Positions 39,951 to 49,458 of a DNA stretch of 64,000 nucleotides are shown here, piece by piece (within the stretch, counting starts at the first letter, position 1; each line of letters begins with the position of its first letter). The stretch is from Nostoc sp. (lineage in GTDB: Bacteria > Cyanobacteriota > Cyanobacteriia > Cyanobacteriales > Nostocaceae). The notes under the pieces were generated by a model, which saw only the letters and a program-made list of their open reading frames with translations, was not told where the DNA came from and searched no databases. The stretch spans positions 1 through 64,000 of the forward strand of contig JBALDB010000003.1 in the NCBI GenBank assembly GCA_036918135.1, in the 5' to 3' direction. The translations under genes were made by a program, and so were the position numbers.

Positions 39951-40001
39951 AAAAATTATATTTTTACTTGATAAATAACCTCTAAAACTTGAAATCAAAA
40001 C

Positions 40002-40100
40002 TATAGCCGTAGTCACACCCTTTAGGAGATTTTGAAAGGATGAATTTTAGGAATAGTAATAGTTCTACCTCCTGCCTCCTGCCCTCTGCCTCCTGCTATA
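40002..40100. mobile_element. MITE-like element (TATAGCCGTAGTC...CTGCTATA) containing CTGCCTC heptamers
   Basis: Short TIR; relative at 34581-34673. Confidence 0.5.
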
Positions 40101-40152
40101 CAAATCAGTACAGAAAACACACTACTAGCTATACCAAACTTATTAACATCCT

Positions 40153-40620
40153 ATGAAAGAAGATACAAAATTTCTGCTTCTATTTGGTTCAATCTTTGGT
40201 GGTGTTGGCAGCGTATTTGCTGTTATAGGCATAATTATTGGCATGAATACTCGTTCTTATGTCGCCAACGCAATTCCAGCACAAGGGACAGTCATTGATT
40301 TAGTAGAACATTCATCAGTTGATAGCGATGGCCATTATTCTTATGCCTACTATCCGATAGTGCAATTTACTACTCATGCTGGTGAACCAACAGTTTTTGA
40401 ATCAAATTCAGGTAGCGACCCACCAGGATATACTAGAGGCGATCGGGTAGAAGTTTTATACCGTCCTGACAAGCCAGGTTCCGCAAAGATTAACTCTTGG
40501 CTCAGTTTATGGTTATTACCTCTGATATTTATCGGCTTAGGCTCGATTTTTGCTTTGGTCGGAGGAATTGTATTAGCCAATTCGTTTCCGGGTTTGATGA
40601 ATTCTAAGAGGGCACTTTAA
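40153..40620 (+). CDS. DUF3592 membrane protein
   Basis: TM - GTVIDL...YYPIVQF...GDRVEVLYRPDKP - TM. Confidence 0.82.
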   Translation: MKEDTKFLLLFGSIFGGVGSVFAVIGIIIGMNTRSYVANAIPAQGTVIDLVEHSSVDSDGHYSYAYYPIVQFTTHAGEPTVFESNSGSDPPGYTRGDRVEVLYRPDKPGSAKINSWLSLWLLPLIFIGLGSIFALVGGIVLANSFPGLMNSKRAL

Positions 40621-40764
40621 AAGAGAAGTTTTAGCTGTGTTGCAACAAAGATTCAATAGTCAAGAACATAGAGGTTTTGTGCAACAGTTGGCAAGAAAAT
40701 CTTAATTATCAATGAAAGAATTGTTTATACTACATGCAGCAATACTCCTTTGAGGAATCTGCCA

Positions 40765-41469
40765 ATGACAGCATCGGTAAAACAAAACTTCGATAAAGGT
40801 GCAAAAATTCCCCCTTTAGAAAGTGGTGATAGGCTCACTCGCCAGGAATTTGAACGCCGTTATCACGGTATGCCGGATACGAAAAAAGCAGAATTAGTAG
40901 AAGGAATTGTCTACGTGGCATCACCTTTGCGTTTTAACAGTCATGGAAAACCTCATGCCAATCTTATAGGCTGGTTGTGGAATTATAAAATTGCTACTTC
41001 TGGTGTTGAATTAGGTGATAATGCCACAGTGCGTCTGGACTTAGATAACGAACCCCAGCCTGATGTTGTGTTGCTAATTGATCAAAAACTAGGTGGACAG
41101 GCACGTATTAGTGACGATGACTACATTGAAGGCGCACCGGAATTAGTTGCAGAAGTTGCGGCTAGCAGTGCTGCAAATGATTTACATGATAAGAAAAAAG
41201 CCTACCGTCGTAACGGAGTGAAAGAGTACATTGTCTGGCAGAGCTTAGAAAATAAACTCGATTGGTTCAGCTTAGAAAATGGAGAATATGTATTATTAGA
41301 GCCGGATGCGGATGGAGCGATAAAAAGTCGTGTATTTCCCGGTTTGTCGTTGGATGTCCAGGCGTTACATACAGGAGAAATGACACAAGTTTTAACTGTA
41401 CTGCAAAAAGGATTAAGTAGCGAAGAACATACAAATTTTGTGCAGCAGTTAGCAAGAAAGTCCCAGTAA
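40765..41469 (+). CDS. Uma2 family (DUF820) putative endonuclease
   Basis: PPLESGDRL, KAELVEG, EPQPD, PELVAEVA, YRRNGVKEY. Confidence 0.9.
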   Translation: MTASVKQNFDKGAKIPPLESGDRLTRQEFERRYHGMPDTKKAELVEGIVYVASPLRFNSHGKPHANLIGWLWNYKIATSGVELGDNATVRLDLDNEPQPDVVLLIDQKLGGQARISDDDYIEGAPELVAEVAASSAANDLHDKKKAYRRNGVKEYIVWQSLENKLDWFSLENGEYVLLEPDADGAIKSRVFPGLSLDVQALHTGEMTQVLTVLQKGLSSEEHTNFVQQLARKSQ

Positions 41470-41485
41470 TAAATTTTTGCACAGC

Positions 41486-41665
41486 TTATTTTTTCCAAGG
41501 TCGTAATTCGTTTTTTTTTGCGTCTAAGGCACAGTTTACCGATTGAGTTCGGTGGCGATGTTCTAAGCTTTTCATTATCTATCGAGTATAACCTTCGGGC
41601 GCAACAGAACAGCAAATAGCGAGTAATTGTGCTTCTGTTTCGCCTTCCAGCTTTATTTTTGCCGA
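41486..41665 (-). mobile_element. IS630-family transposase remnant
   Basis: Manual translation EAQLLAICCSVAPEGYTR*...KKNELRPWKK*, with the A-run at the position where IS630 elements frameshift. Confidence 0.65.
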
Positions 41666-41676
41666 CTTAATGCCGA

Positions 41677-44274
41677 TCAAAACTGTACCGAAATCGTTCC
41701 CACAACACTAAAAGGCGCGCCAGGAATCACACCTAAGCGATCGCTATTTGGTGAGCCAAGATAATATTCTGTGTCGAACAAATTACGAAAGTTCAACTGC
41801 GCTCGCCAGTTGTCCCGTCGGTAGAAAATTGAACTATCAAAGCGAAGATAGCTAGGAATTAGGTAGGTGTTGGCAAGGTCGCCGGCGCGATCGCCTACAT
41901 AATAAACACCTAAACCAAATCCCAAGCCTTTTAAATCTCCTCTCTGAAGCTGATAAGTTGTCCATAAACTGGCAGTATGACGAGGCGCATTAGCAAACCG
42001 ATTTCCCACAGGAGTACTATTGTCGCTACTGACAAAGGCATCATCGTAAGCATAGGCAGCAATCACATTTAATCCTGGTAAAATTTCACCAGATACATCT
42101 AGTTCAATCCCTCGGCTTTTCACTTCTCCGGTCAAAACAGAGTAGGCTGTGTTATTCAGATCGGCTGTGGGAATATTAGTCTTTGTAATGTCATAGAAAG
42201 CCAAAGTTCCACCAAATTTGCCAAAGTCTAGTTTGGTTCCCACTTCATATTGTGTTGACCGTTGTGGTGGTGGAATATCCCCACTTATTAAGACAGCAGA
42301 ACTCGGCTCAAAACCTTTTGTGAAAGAGGCATACAACGATACAGGTTGTAAGGGTTGGTAGACAATCCCGACTCTGGGATTGAAAGCAGTGAAATTGGCT
42401 TCGGTGGGTGTTGAATTCAATCGGTTAAATTGATTTCGTTGATAATTATCGAATCGTCCACCTAACAATAACTTCAAATTATCAGCAAAAGCAATCTGGT
42501 CTTGGAGGTAGAAACCATAAGTCGTATAGTTTTCATCCCGGTTATTAGTAATAGTCAGCGTGTCCAGAGAATATCTGTCAGGGGAACGAATGGGATTAAA
42601 GATATTAATCGATGGATACGAACCACCTGCACCAACTGCAAACTTCAAGTCCGTGTTAATTTCCTTGCCATACTCAAACCCAGTTAACAACTTATGCTGT
42701 ATGGAACCAGTCTTGAAGTTACCCAGGATATCTAAGTTATTGAAATAACTGCGGTAAAGACCTTCCGCAGCATAGGTACGACGCGTCAACTCTCCCGTTG
42801 TTTCATTCAAACCTGCGAAAATTGGATAGAGGCGACCAAGATTAAACCACTTAGCAAAGAAGGTATTGCGAACTGACCAATTCTGGCTCAACTGATGATC
42901 TAATGTGGTAGTCAAGTTATACTTGCGAACGCTATTTTTACCAAAAGGTTCGTTTATCCCATCGGTTTCACTGAAATAGCGCGAGATCGGAATCGCTGCA
43001 ATTCCACGACCAATGGAGGGAATACCTTGATCGACCGAAGTATCAGCATCGATAAACTCAAACTCCACTGTTAATTTTGTCGCGGGTGAAATGTTCCACT
43101 GCACAGTTGGTGTAAAGAAATAACTCTCGCGGTTGACTCCATCGCGGAAACTGAGGGTTTGTTCGTAAGAGCCGATAAAGCGATATAAAAGGGTTTTATC
43201 TGCGTTCAACGGCCCAGAAATATCTAAGGAAGGTCGATACAAACCGAAACTACCCGCCGAGAATGATAAGTTGTAGTAAGGTTCGTTCAGTGGCTTTTTG
43301 GTGACTAGGTTGACGATTCCACCAGGAGATCCTTGTCCAAATAACACACCCGCAGGCCCTTTTAATACTTCAATCCGCTCTAAATTATCTGTTGTAACCA
43401 GGTCATATTGAAAAGGGTTTACACTACCATTTTTAAAATAGCTACCAGTATCAAAACCGCGAATATTAATTTGTTCGGTAACGCCTTGATAAACAGAAGC
43501 ATTGACACCACTCACATTTTGCAGTGCTTGATTAACTTGGGTAACAGCACGGTCTTCAATTATTTGGCGGGGAATAACTTGAACTGAAGCCGGAATATCA
43601 CGTAGAGGAGTATCTGTCTTAGTTGCAGTTGACGCATCCTGGGCGCGATATCCATCTTGTTCGCCCGTCACTACAAGTTCAATCGGCTCATCTTGCTGTG
43701 CTGCTGGTTCTTGCTGCGGTGTAGGGAGTGCTGGCTTTTCCTGGGCTTGGGGTGTTTGAGGTGGCTGCGTTGCTGTTGCAGCAGAAGTTATACCGAAAAC
43801 CAGACCTGCATCATCATCATATAACTCAACTGTAGGCAAAGTTTTCTCACCCACTACTGTGACTCGCACAGTATTTGCATCAAGATTATTTACTGTTATT
43901 TCAGTAATTTCCGCAAGCGGTTTCTCGGAACGAAATGTATAAGTATCGCCCGATGGTAAACGCAATTGTCCGCCAGATACATCAACAATAAAATTATTAC
44001 CAACACTGCGATTTGTAACTTGCAGTTGAGTCCCAGCAGTTGTCTCTAGAATTATTTCCACACCTTTATCAGTGGGATTTGCCTTAACTCCTGTGATTGG
44101 TACTATTTCTGTTGCAGGTGTTATTTGTGGTGTAGACGACTGCACTAGTAAGGGTTGGGTATCTGATTTAACTTGTGCTGACACAGGCACAATAACCGAA
44201 GCACTCAAACATCCTGATAGACTCAGCGCCAGCCACAACTGAAAACTGTTAGATAACCACCAACTCTTCATCAC
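41677..44274 (-). CDS. TonB-dependent siderophore receptor with N-terminal AMIN domain
   Basis: AMIN (ITGVKANPT...), ELVVTG TonB box, ATKTDTPLRDIP, IEVLKGPA, C-terminal Phe. Confidence 0.93.
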   Translation of the reverse strand: MMKSWWLSNSFQLWLALSLSGCLSASVIVPVSAQVKSDTQPLLVQSSTPQITPATEIVPITGVKANPTDKGVEIILETTAGTQLQVTNRSVGNNFIVDVSGGQLRLPSGDTYTFRSEKPLAEITEITVNNLDANTVRVTVVGEKTLPTVELYDDDAGLVFGITSAATATQPPQTPQAQEKPALPTPQQEPAAQQDEPIELVVTGEQDGYRAQDASTATKTDTPLRDIPASVQVIPRQIIEDRAVTQVNQALQNVSGVNASVYQGVTEQINIRGFDTGSYFKNGSVNPFQYDLVTTDNLERIEVLKGPAGVLFGQGSPGGIVNLVTKKPLNEPYYNLSFSAGSFGLYRPSLDISGPLNADKTLLYRFIGSYEQTLSFRDGVNRESYFFTPTVQWNISPATKLTVEFEFIDADTSVDQGIPSIGRGIAAIPISRYFSETDGINEPFGKNSVRKYNLTTTLDHQLSQNWSVRNTFFAKWFNLGRLYPIFAGLNETTGELTRRTYAAEGLYRSYFNNLDILGNFKTGSIQHKLLTGFEYGKEINTDLKFAVGAGGSYPSINIFNPIRSPDRYSLDTLTITNNRDENYTTYGFYLQDQIAFADNLKLLLGGRFDNYQRNQFNRLNSTPTEANFTAFNPRVGIVYQPLQPVSLYASFTKGFEPSSAVLISGDIPPPQRSTQYEVGTKLDFGKFGGTLAFYDITKTNIPTADLNNTAYSVLTGEVKSRGIELDVSGEILPGLNVIAAYAYDDAFVSSDNSTPVGNRFANAPRHTASLWTTYQLQRGDLKGLGFGLGVYYVGDRAGDLANTYLIPSYLRFDSSIFYRRDNWRAQLNFRNLFDTEYYLGSPNSDRLGVIPGAPFSVVGTISVQF

Positions 44275-44310
44275 AACTCCTCAAACACCAACTTGCTGAA
44301 CCTGACTTGA

Positions 44311-44334
44311 TTGATAATTAATAATTCTTATCAA
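44311..44334. promoter_or_regulatory. Fur-box-like inverted repeat upstream of the TonB receptor
   Basis: TTGATAA-TTAATAATTC-TTATCAA. Confidence 0.5.
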
Positions 44335-44400
44335 GAAGCTTACAGGAATGCTTTAGCGTATGAGAGTGAATTATGGTCGTTAGAGGGAATTTTTTGAACG

Positions 44401-45393
44401 CTAGGGGGAATTCTTTCGGTTAGTTAAATATTCTTTAGGATTAACTCCAAATTTTTTTCTAAAAGCAGATGCAAAATAACTGCGACTAGCAAAACCCACT
44501 ATTCGCGCTACTTCTACAACATTCATATCTCCTGTTTGCAATAGTTGTCGTGCTTTTTCGAGGCGGTAGTCATGTAAGTAGTGAAAAGCAGTTGTACCAA
44601 AGGCGAGACGGAAACCCCGCTTTAGAGTACATTCATTCAAACCTACTTGTCGTGACAAATTTACCAAAGAGGGAGGATTATCAAGATTTTGCAATAAAAT
44701 TTCTCTTGCATGGTGCAGGCGTTCTAAATCATCTGATTTCAGAGAATAAGTCGAATTTTTATATTTTCGCGCCTCTATCTCTTGTTCCACCAATAACGCC
44801 ATTAGATCCAAAACTCTTGCTTCCAAGTACATGCGTTTAGTTATGCCGTGGTAAGGACATTGTAAAATTTGCTGTAAGCAAGCTTGCATTTGAGGAGTAA
44901 TTTGTCCAGAATTTTGATAATAAATCCGATTTTTTACTGCAATTAAATGCTGTAATTCTATTGGTAAATCTCCCGATTTATCGCCAATAAATGAACGAAA
45001 AACCTCTGGTTCTATGTGAACATTAATATGTTTGTGGTCTCCTGATGATGATTTACAATATTCTTGCGGTGCAATTCCACTACCGCATAAACTATATTCT
45101 TTGGTATTAATAGAAAAAAATGGACTTGTATAACTTCCACTGAGTTGAAAATTGTATTCTAGGGGATGTTTTCGTTCCTGATGATGAAGAATTATTCCAT
45201 CGAAGTTGTGGTAGTCGCCAATGTTTAACTCGATTCCCTGCCTTAGCCGAATGAATCGTGAGTAACCTTGACCTAATTGCTGAGGATACTTGTAGATAAT
45301 GTCTAAGTCATCATTAGGGTCAAATTTACTTACATTACCCGCATTTTCATCCCAGAGTTCCCAGTAAGCTTGGCGTGAAATTGTTACTGTCAT
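44401..45393 (-). CDS. AraC family (PchR-like) transcriptional regulator
   Basis: PPSLVNLSRQVGLNECTLKRGF, VGFASRSYFASAFRKKFGVNP. Confidence 0.92.
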   Translation of the reverse strand: MTVTISRQAYWELWDENAGNVSKFDPNDDLDIIYKYPQQLGQGYSRFIRLRQGIELNIGDYHNFDGIILHHQERKHPLEYNFQLSGSYTSPFFSINTKEYSLCGSGIAPQEYCKSSSGDHKHINVHIEPEVFRSFIGDKSGDLPIELQHLIAVKNRIYYQNSGQITPQMQACLQQILQCPYHGITKRMYLEARVLDLMALLVEQEIEARKYKNSTYSLKSDDLERLHHAREILLQNLDNPPSLVNLSRQVGLNECTLKRGFRLAFGTTAFHYLHDYRLEKARQLLQTGDMNVVEVARIVGFASRSYFASAFRKKFGVNPKEYLTNRKNSP

Positions 45394-45410
45394 TATCTGT
45401 ATACTGTATT

Positions 45411-45429
45411 TAAATGAGAATCATATTTA
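45411..45429. promoter_or_regulatory. Fur-box-like site upstream of the AraC gene
   Basis: TAAATGAGAATCATATTTA. Confidence 0.5.
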
Positions 45430-45554
45430 TTAAGCATACAGATAATGTTGGTAATAATGAATCAGGTAAGAGCGATCGCAATACCTGCCCATTTTCTCAT
45501 GTTTCATATCTAGCAAGCTTTTTGCCGTTTTCTATCGTCGAACTCACGTTAGTA

Positions 45555-46310
45555 TTAGAACTGCCATGAAACCGTACCCAGAACCGTAAACGGCGCGCCA
45601 GGAAATACACCGTTTTCACTATTAGCGCTTTCAAAGTAGTAAACATCAAACAAGTTCTTAAAATTCAGCCCAACTTGCCAGTTATCACGACGGTAAAAGA
45701 TTGCTGCATCCGTTCGCACATAGCTGGGTAATGTAAACGTATTGGGTAAGTCTCCCTGGCGATCGCCAACAAAAAACAATCCGCCTGCAAATCCAAAACC
45801 TTTCAAACCTCCAGTTTGAATTTCATAGGTTGTCCATAAACTGGCACTATTTCGGGCAACATTATTCGGCTGATTTCCCTTGTACTCTGGTCTGGTATCT
45901 TCAGTAATTTCAGTAATTCCCGCTAATGGTTTTTCTGAACGGAATGTGTAGGCCTCACCAGTAGGTAAACTTAGTTGAGCATTGGGAATATCAGCAATAA
46001 AATTATTACCAGTGCTACGGTTTAGGACTTGTAACTGTTCCCCAAGGGAAGTCTGTGAAATTATCTCCACACCTTTAGCAGTGGGATTAGCTTTGACTCC
46101 TATAATGTGAACTAATTCTGGTGTTGGGGACTGTACAAGTTTTTCGGCATTAGTGAGCAGATGGTCAATCTCACTCAGGTACGGGATTTTAGTAATTGGT
46201 GCTGGTTGCTCCCGATGCAAAGCAGCTTGTCGTCAGACCTCGCCCCACAGTATGTTGCATCATCCAGCACACTGCTAGTATGCCTGCATAGCCCAGCCAG
46301 TTGATTCCAT
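45555..46310 (-). pseudogene. Internally deleted TonB-dependent receptor (partial AMIN fused in frame to the last barrel strands)
   Basis: ...RSEKPLAGITEIT|EDTRPEYKGNQPNNVARNSASLWTTY...VSWQF; plug and most of the barrel missing; 5' signal region degraded. Confidence 0.85.
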
Positions 46311-46445
46311 AATTTTTGTTAAATTTAATACTTGCCTCACACTCAAATCACTTATGCGATTGTCGTCAATAACGCAGATATCTCTCAAGTTAATAAGAAA
46401 TATTCTTATCTACTTGATAATTAACTCTATAGGAAAGTACATCTT

Positions 46446-46464
46446 AATTGCAAATAATTATCAA
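46446..46464. promoter_or_regulatory. Fur-box-like site upstream of the deleted receptor
   Basis: AATTGCAAATAATTATCAA. Confidence 0.45.
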
Positions 46465-46789
46465 AAATTCTTAATAATGGCTGTTCAAAAATTGCACAAA
46501 TTCGCCAAAATTAAAGTTTTGTTGGCTAAATTGAATCAGCAATTTTACTCTATCTAGATAAAAAAATTTCTATTAAGTATATAGTTTTAGAAATAAAGAT
46601 TATTTATCAGATAAAATTTTGATTTGGTAAATTTTATTACCATAATTTACGCATTGACAGAAAACACTAAATGTAATGGTAAGATTTCAGGCATTCAATG
46701 TTGATTTTTTGACGATTTTGAAGCGATCGCTATCTCCAAAAAAACTTAACATTAACTTTAGAAGTGCTAACTCTTTATCAGACAAGCTC

Positions 46790-48064
46790 ATGGCTTACTA
46801 TATTGCTCCTCGCTTTCTGGACAAACTTGCTGTCCACATCACCAAAAACTTCTTGAAGCTTCCAGGTGTGCGAGTACCCTTGATTTTGGGTATTCACGGG
46901 CGTAAAGGTGAGGGTAAAACCTTTCAATGCGAGTTAGTCTTCGAGAAAATGGGTATCGAAGTAACTCACATATCAGGCGGCGAATTGGAAAGTCCAGATG
47001 CAGGAGATCCAGCACGGTTGATTCGGCTGCGCTACCGCGAAACAGCAGAACTAATCAAAGTACGCGGTAAAATGTGCGTGCTGATGATTAACGATTTAGA
47101 TGCGGGTGCTGGACGCTTCGATGAAGGTACTCAATATACTGTAAATACGCAGTTGGTGAATGCCACACTAATGAATATTGCTGATAATCCCACAGATGTG
47201 CAGTTACCTGGAAGCTATGATTCCACGCCTTTACGTCGTGTACCGATTATTGTCACAGGTAATGATTTTTCCACCCTCTATGCACCGTTAATTCGAGATG
47301 GAAGGATGGAGAAATTTTACTGGGAACCAAACCGAGACGACAAAGTGGGAATTGTCCGTGGGATTTTTGAACAGGATGGACTGTCGCAACGGGAAGTTGA
47401 ACAGCTAGTTGATACTTTTGTTAATCAGTCCATCGACTTTTTTAGCGCTTTGCGATCGCGCATTTATGATGAACAAATCCGCAACTATATCCATCAAGTA
47501 GGTTTTGAGCGTGTATCCTTGAGTGTGGTTAATAGCGTTGAAGGGCCACCAGAATTTAAAAAGCCAAATTTCAGCTTGTCTCACTTAATCGAGTCTGCTA
47601 ACTTGATGGTTGGCGAACAAAAACGAGTGGAAAATTCCCATTTGGTTGATGATTACAATCGACTCAATCGAGGTAGAAATTCTCAATCTGCACCACCTAC
47701 TGCTGTGACACCAATCAGTCAGCCGTTAAGCAATGGCGTCACCAAAGAAGCAAAAACTAACCAATTCCAAAAACAGCAAGTATCAAGTCCACATTTGACC
47801 TTAGAGACACAAGCACAAATTAGGGAATTATTGGCTGAAGGTTACAAAATTAGTATTGAACACGTTGATGAGCGCCGTTTCCGCACAGGTTCTTGGCAAA
47901 CTTGTGTTCATAGCCACATCGATGCCGAGTCGGATGCAATCTCAAACTTGGAATCAACTTTAGCAGAATATAGCGGTGAGTACGTACGCTTGGTAGGTAT
48001 CGATCCGAAAGCCAAGCGACGGGTTTTAGAGACAATTATTCAACGACCAAATGGGAAAAATTAG
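46790..48064 (+). CDS. rca: Rubisco activase (activase-like, ALC) with a C-terminal RbcS-like domain
   Basis: MAYYIAPRFLDK, GIHGRKGEGKTF, INDLDAGAGR, LIRDGRMEKFYW; SSUL domain EHVDERRFRTGSW. Confidence 0.93.
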   Translation: MAYYIAPRFLDKLAVHITKNFLKLPGVRVPLILGIHGRKGEGKTFQCELVFEKMGIEVTHISGGELESPDAGDPARLIRLRYRETAELIKVRGKMCVLMINDLDAGAGRFDEGTQYTVNTQLVNATLMNIADNPTDVQLPGSYDSTPLRRVPIIVTGNDFSTLYAPLIRDGRMEKFYWEPNRDDKVGIVRGIFEQDGLSQREVEQLVDTFVNQSIDFFSALRSRIYDEQIRNYIHQVGFERVSLSVVNSVEGPPEFKKPNFSLSHLIESANLMVGEQKRVENSHLVDDYNRLNRGRNSQSAPPTAVTPISQPLSNGVTKEAKTNQFQKQQVSSPHLTLETQAQIRELLAEGYKISIEHVDERRFRTGSWQTCVHSHIDAESDAISNLESTLAEYSGEYVRLVGIDPKAKRRVLETIIQRPNGKN

Positions 48065-48133
48065 CAGTCGGTAAGTTGGGAGTGATGTCTGTTGATTCGC
48101 CACTATAGGTTTCAAAAAAGTCATACTGAGTTA

Positions 48134-48219
48134 AGGGACTGACAAATAAAAAATATCCTACTGTTCGCAGTCAACACTCATCAACTTCAAATGAAATAAT
48201 TTATTTCTTGGAGTTTGCT
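48134..48219. mobile_element. MITE family A copy (degenerate)
   Basis: AGGGACTGACAAATAAAAAATATCC...ATAATTTATTTCTTGGAGTTTGCT. Confidence 0.55.
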
Positions 48220-48487
48220 AATAAGTGCGTTGGTGCAGTCCGTCGTAGGGATCGCTCTTTCAATTGATTCAGAGGTAATAAAAAATTAATACCGTTCAAT
48301 TAAGGAAAGTTGTAGGTTAAGCTTTTTGACTCTAACTGAACTGTATTACATTAGAAATCTCAAATCAGTAACGCTTTTTTACTTAATTACTCAGTCCTCC
48401 GACTTGCTTATACCCCAATGTAGATTTACTATCAGGATTCAGCCTTTACATTAATAAATAAGAGGACATTTAGGAGATTAGTTATTT

Positions 48488-49246
48488 ATGCCTGATGAAC
48501 ATAGCTTAGAGGAAAAATTATTATCCCAGGAAGCTGAAAGAAAAATATCCGAAAAATTAGACGAAGTAGAACAAATAGAAATAGATGTACAAACCGATTT
48601 GTTGAAAATAGCTCAAGGACAAGCGGATGGCGTTTCAGTTGCAGGTGAAGGATTAGTTATTCAACAAGACATTCGCGTACAGGAGATAAAACTGCAAACA
48701 GATAGTATTAATATCGATCCCTTAAGTGTTATTTTCGGTCAAATAAAACTTAACCAGCCAGTAAATGCTATTGCTAAGATTACACTCACACAAGCAGATA
48801 TTAACCGCGCTTTGTCGTCAGAGTTGGTTCGCGAACAGATGCAAAGCCTAGAGTTGGATGTAGATGGTCAAATTGTGAGTTTGGAGTTACAAAAAATTCA
48901 GGTATTTTTACCTGGTGCTGGCAAAATGGAATTTAGAGGAAAGGTGTTGTTAAAGGAAATGGGAAATACTCGCCCTTTAGCTTACACTGCGATCGCTACT
49001 CCACGTACCGATTCACAACCCATAATGTTGGAGAGTTTTAATTGCACTGAGGGGAATGGTATTTCAATAGAACTAATCACAGCATTAATGCACAAAGCCA
49101 AAGAATTTATCAATTTACCATATTATACATGGGAAGATATGAAATTTACTATCAAAGAGCTAAAAGTAGAAATTGGTAATTTAATACTTACGGTAGAAAC
49201 TCAAGTCAGGCAAATACCTTCATCGTCAAATGTACTATCTCTTTAG
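48488..49246 (+). CDS. DUF2993 (LmeA-like) protein
   Basis: IEIDVQTDLLKI..G.ADGVSVAGEGL, LTQADINRAL. Confidence 0.75.
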   Translation: MPDEHSLEEKLLSQEAERKISEKLDEVEQIEIDVQTDLLKIAQGQADGVSVAGEGLVIQQDIRVQEIKLQTDSINIDPLSVIFGQIKLNQPVNAIAKITLTQADINRALSSELVREQMQSLELDVDGQIVSLELQKIQVFLPGAGKMEFRGKVLLKEMGNTRPLAYTAIATPRTDSQPIMLESFNCTEGNGISIELITALMHKAKEFINLPYYTWEDMKFTIKELKVEIGNLILTVETQVRQIPSSSNVLSL

Positions 49247-49458
49247 TAGTATTAGTGTTAGTACAAGATTGCCCAAATAAACCAACCATCTAAAATAGGC
49301 AAAAAGCTTCTAGAATAAGACTTCTTTGTTTTGCTTTTTAAGTTTTTACCTTTGTATTCCTGTACTAGTTCAAGATATTTTTTGTTACCGATGGATGATT
49401 TTAATTTCGTTAAAATTCATTAAGCTTTATAAAGCTACTTAATTTAAAAGTAACGACT

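Noticed and set aside
41202..41615. 137-aa minus-strand ORF
   Set aside because: An out-of-frame read of the IS630 relic plus the antisense of the Uma2 gene
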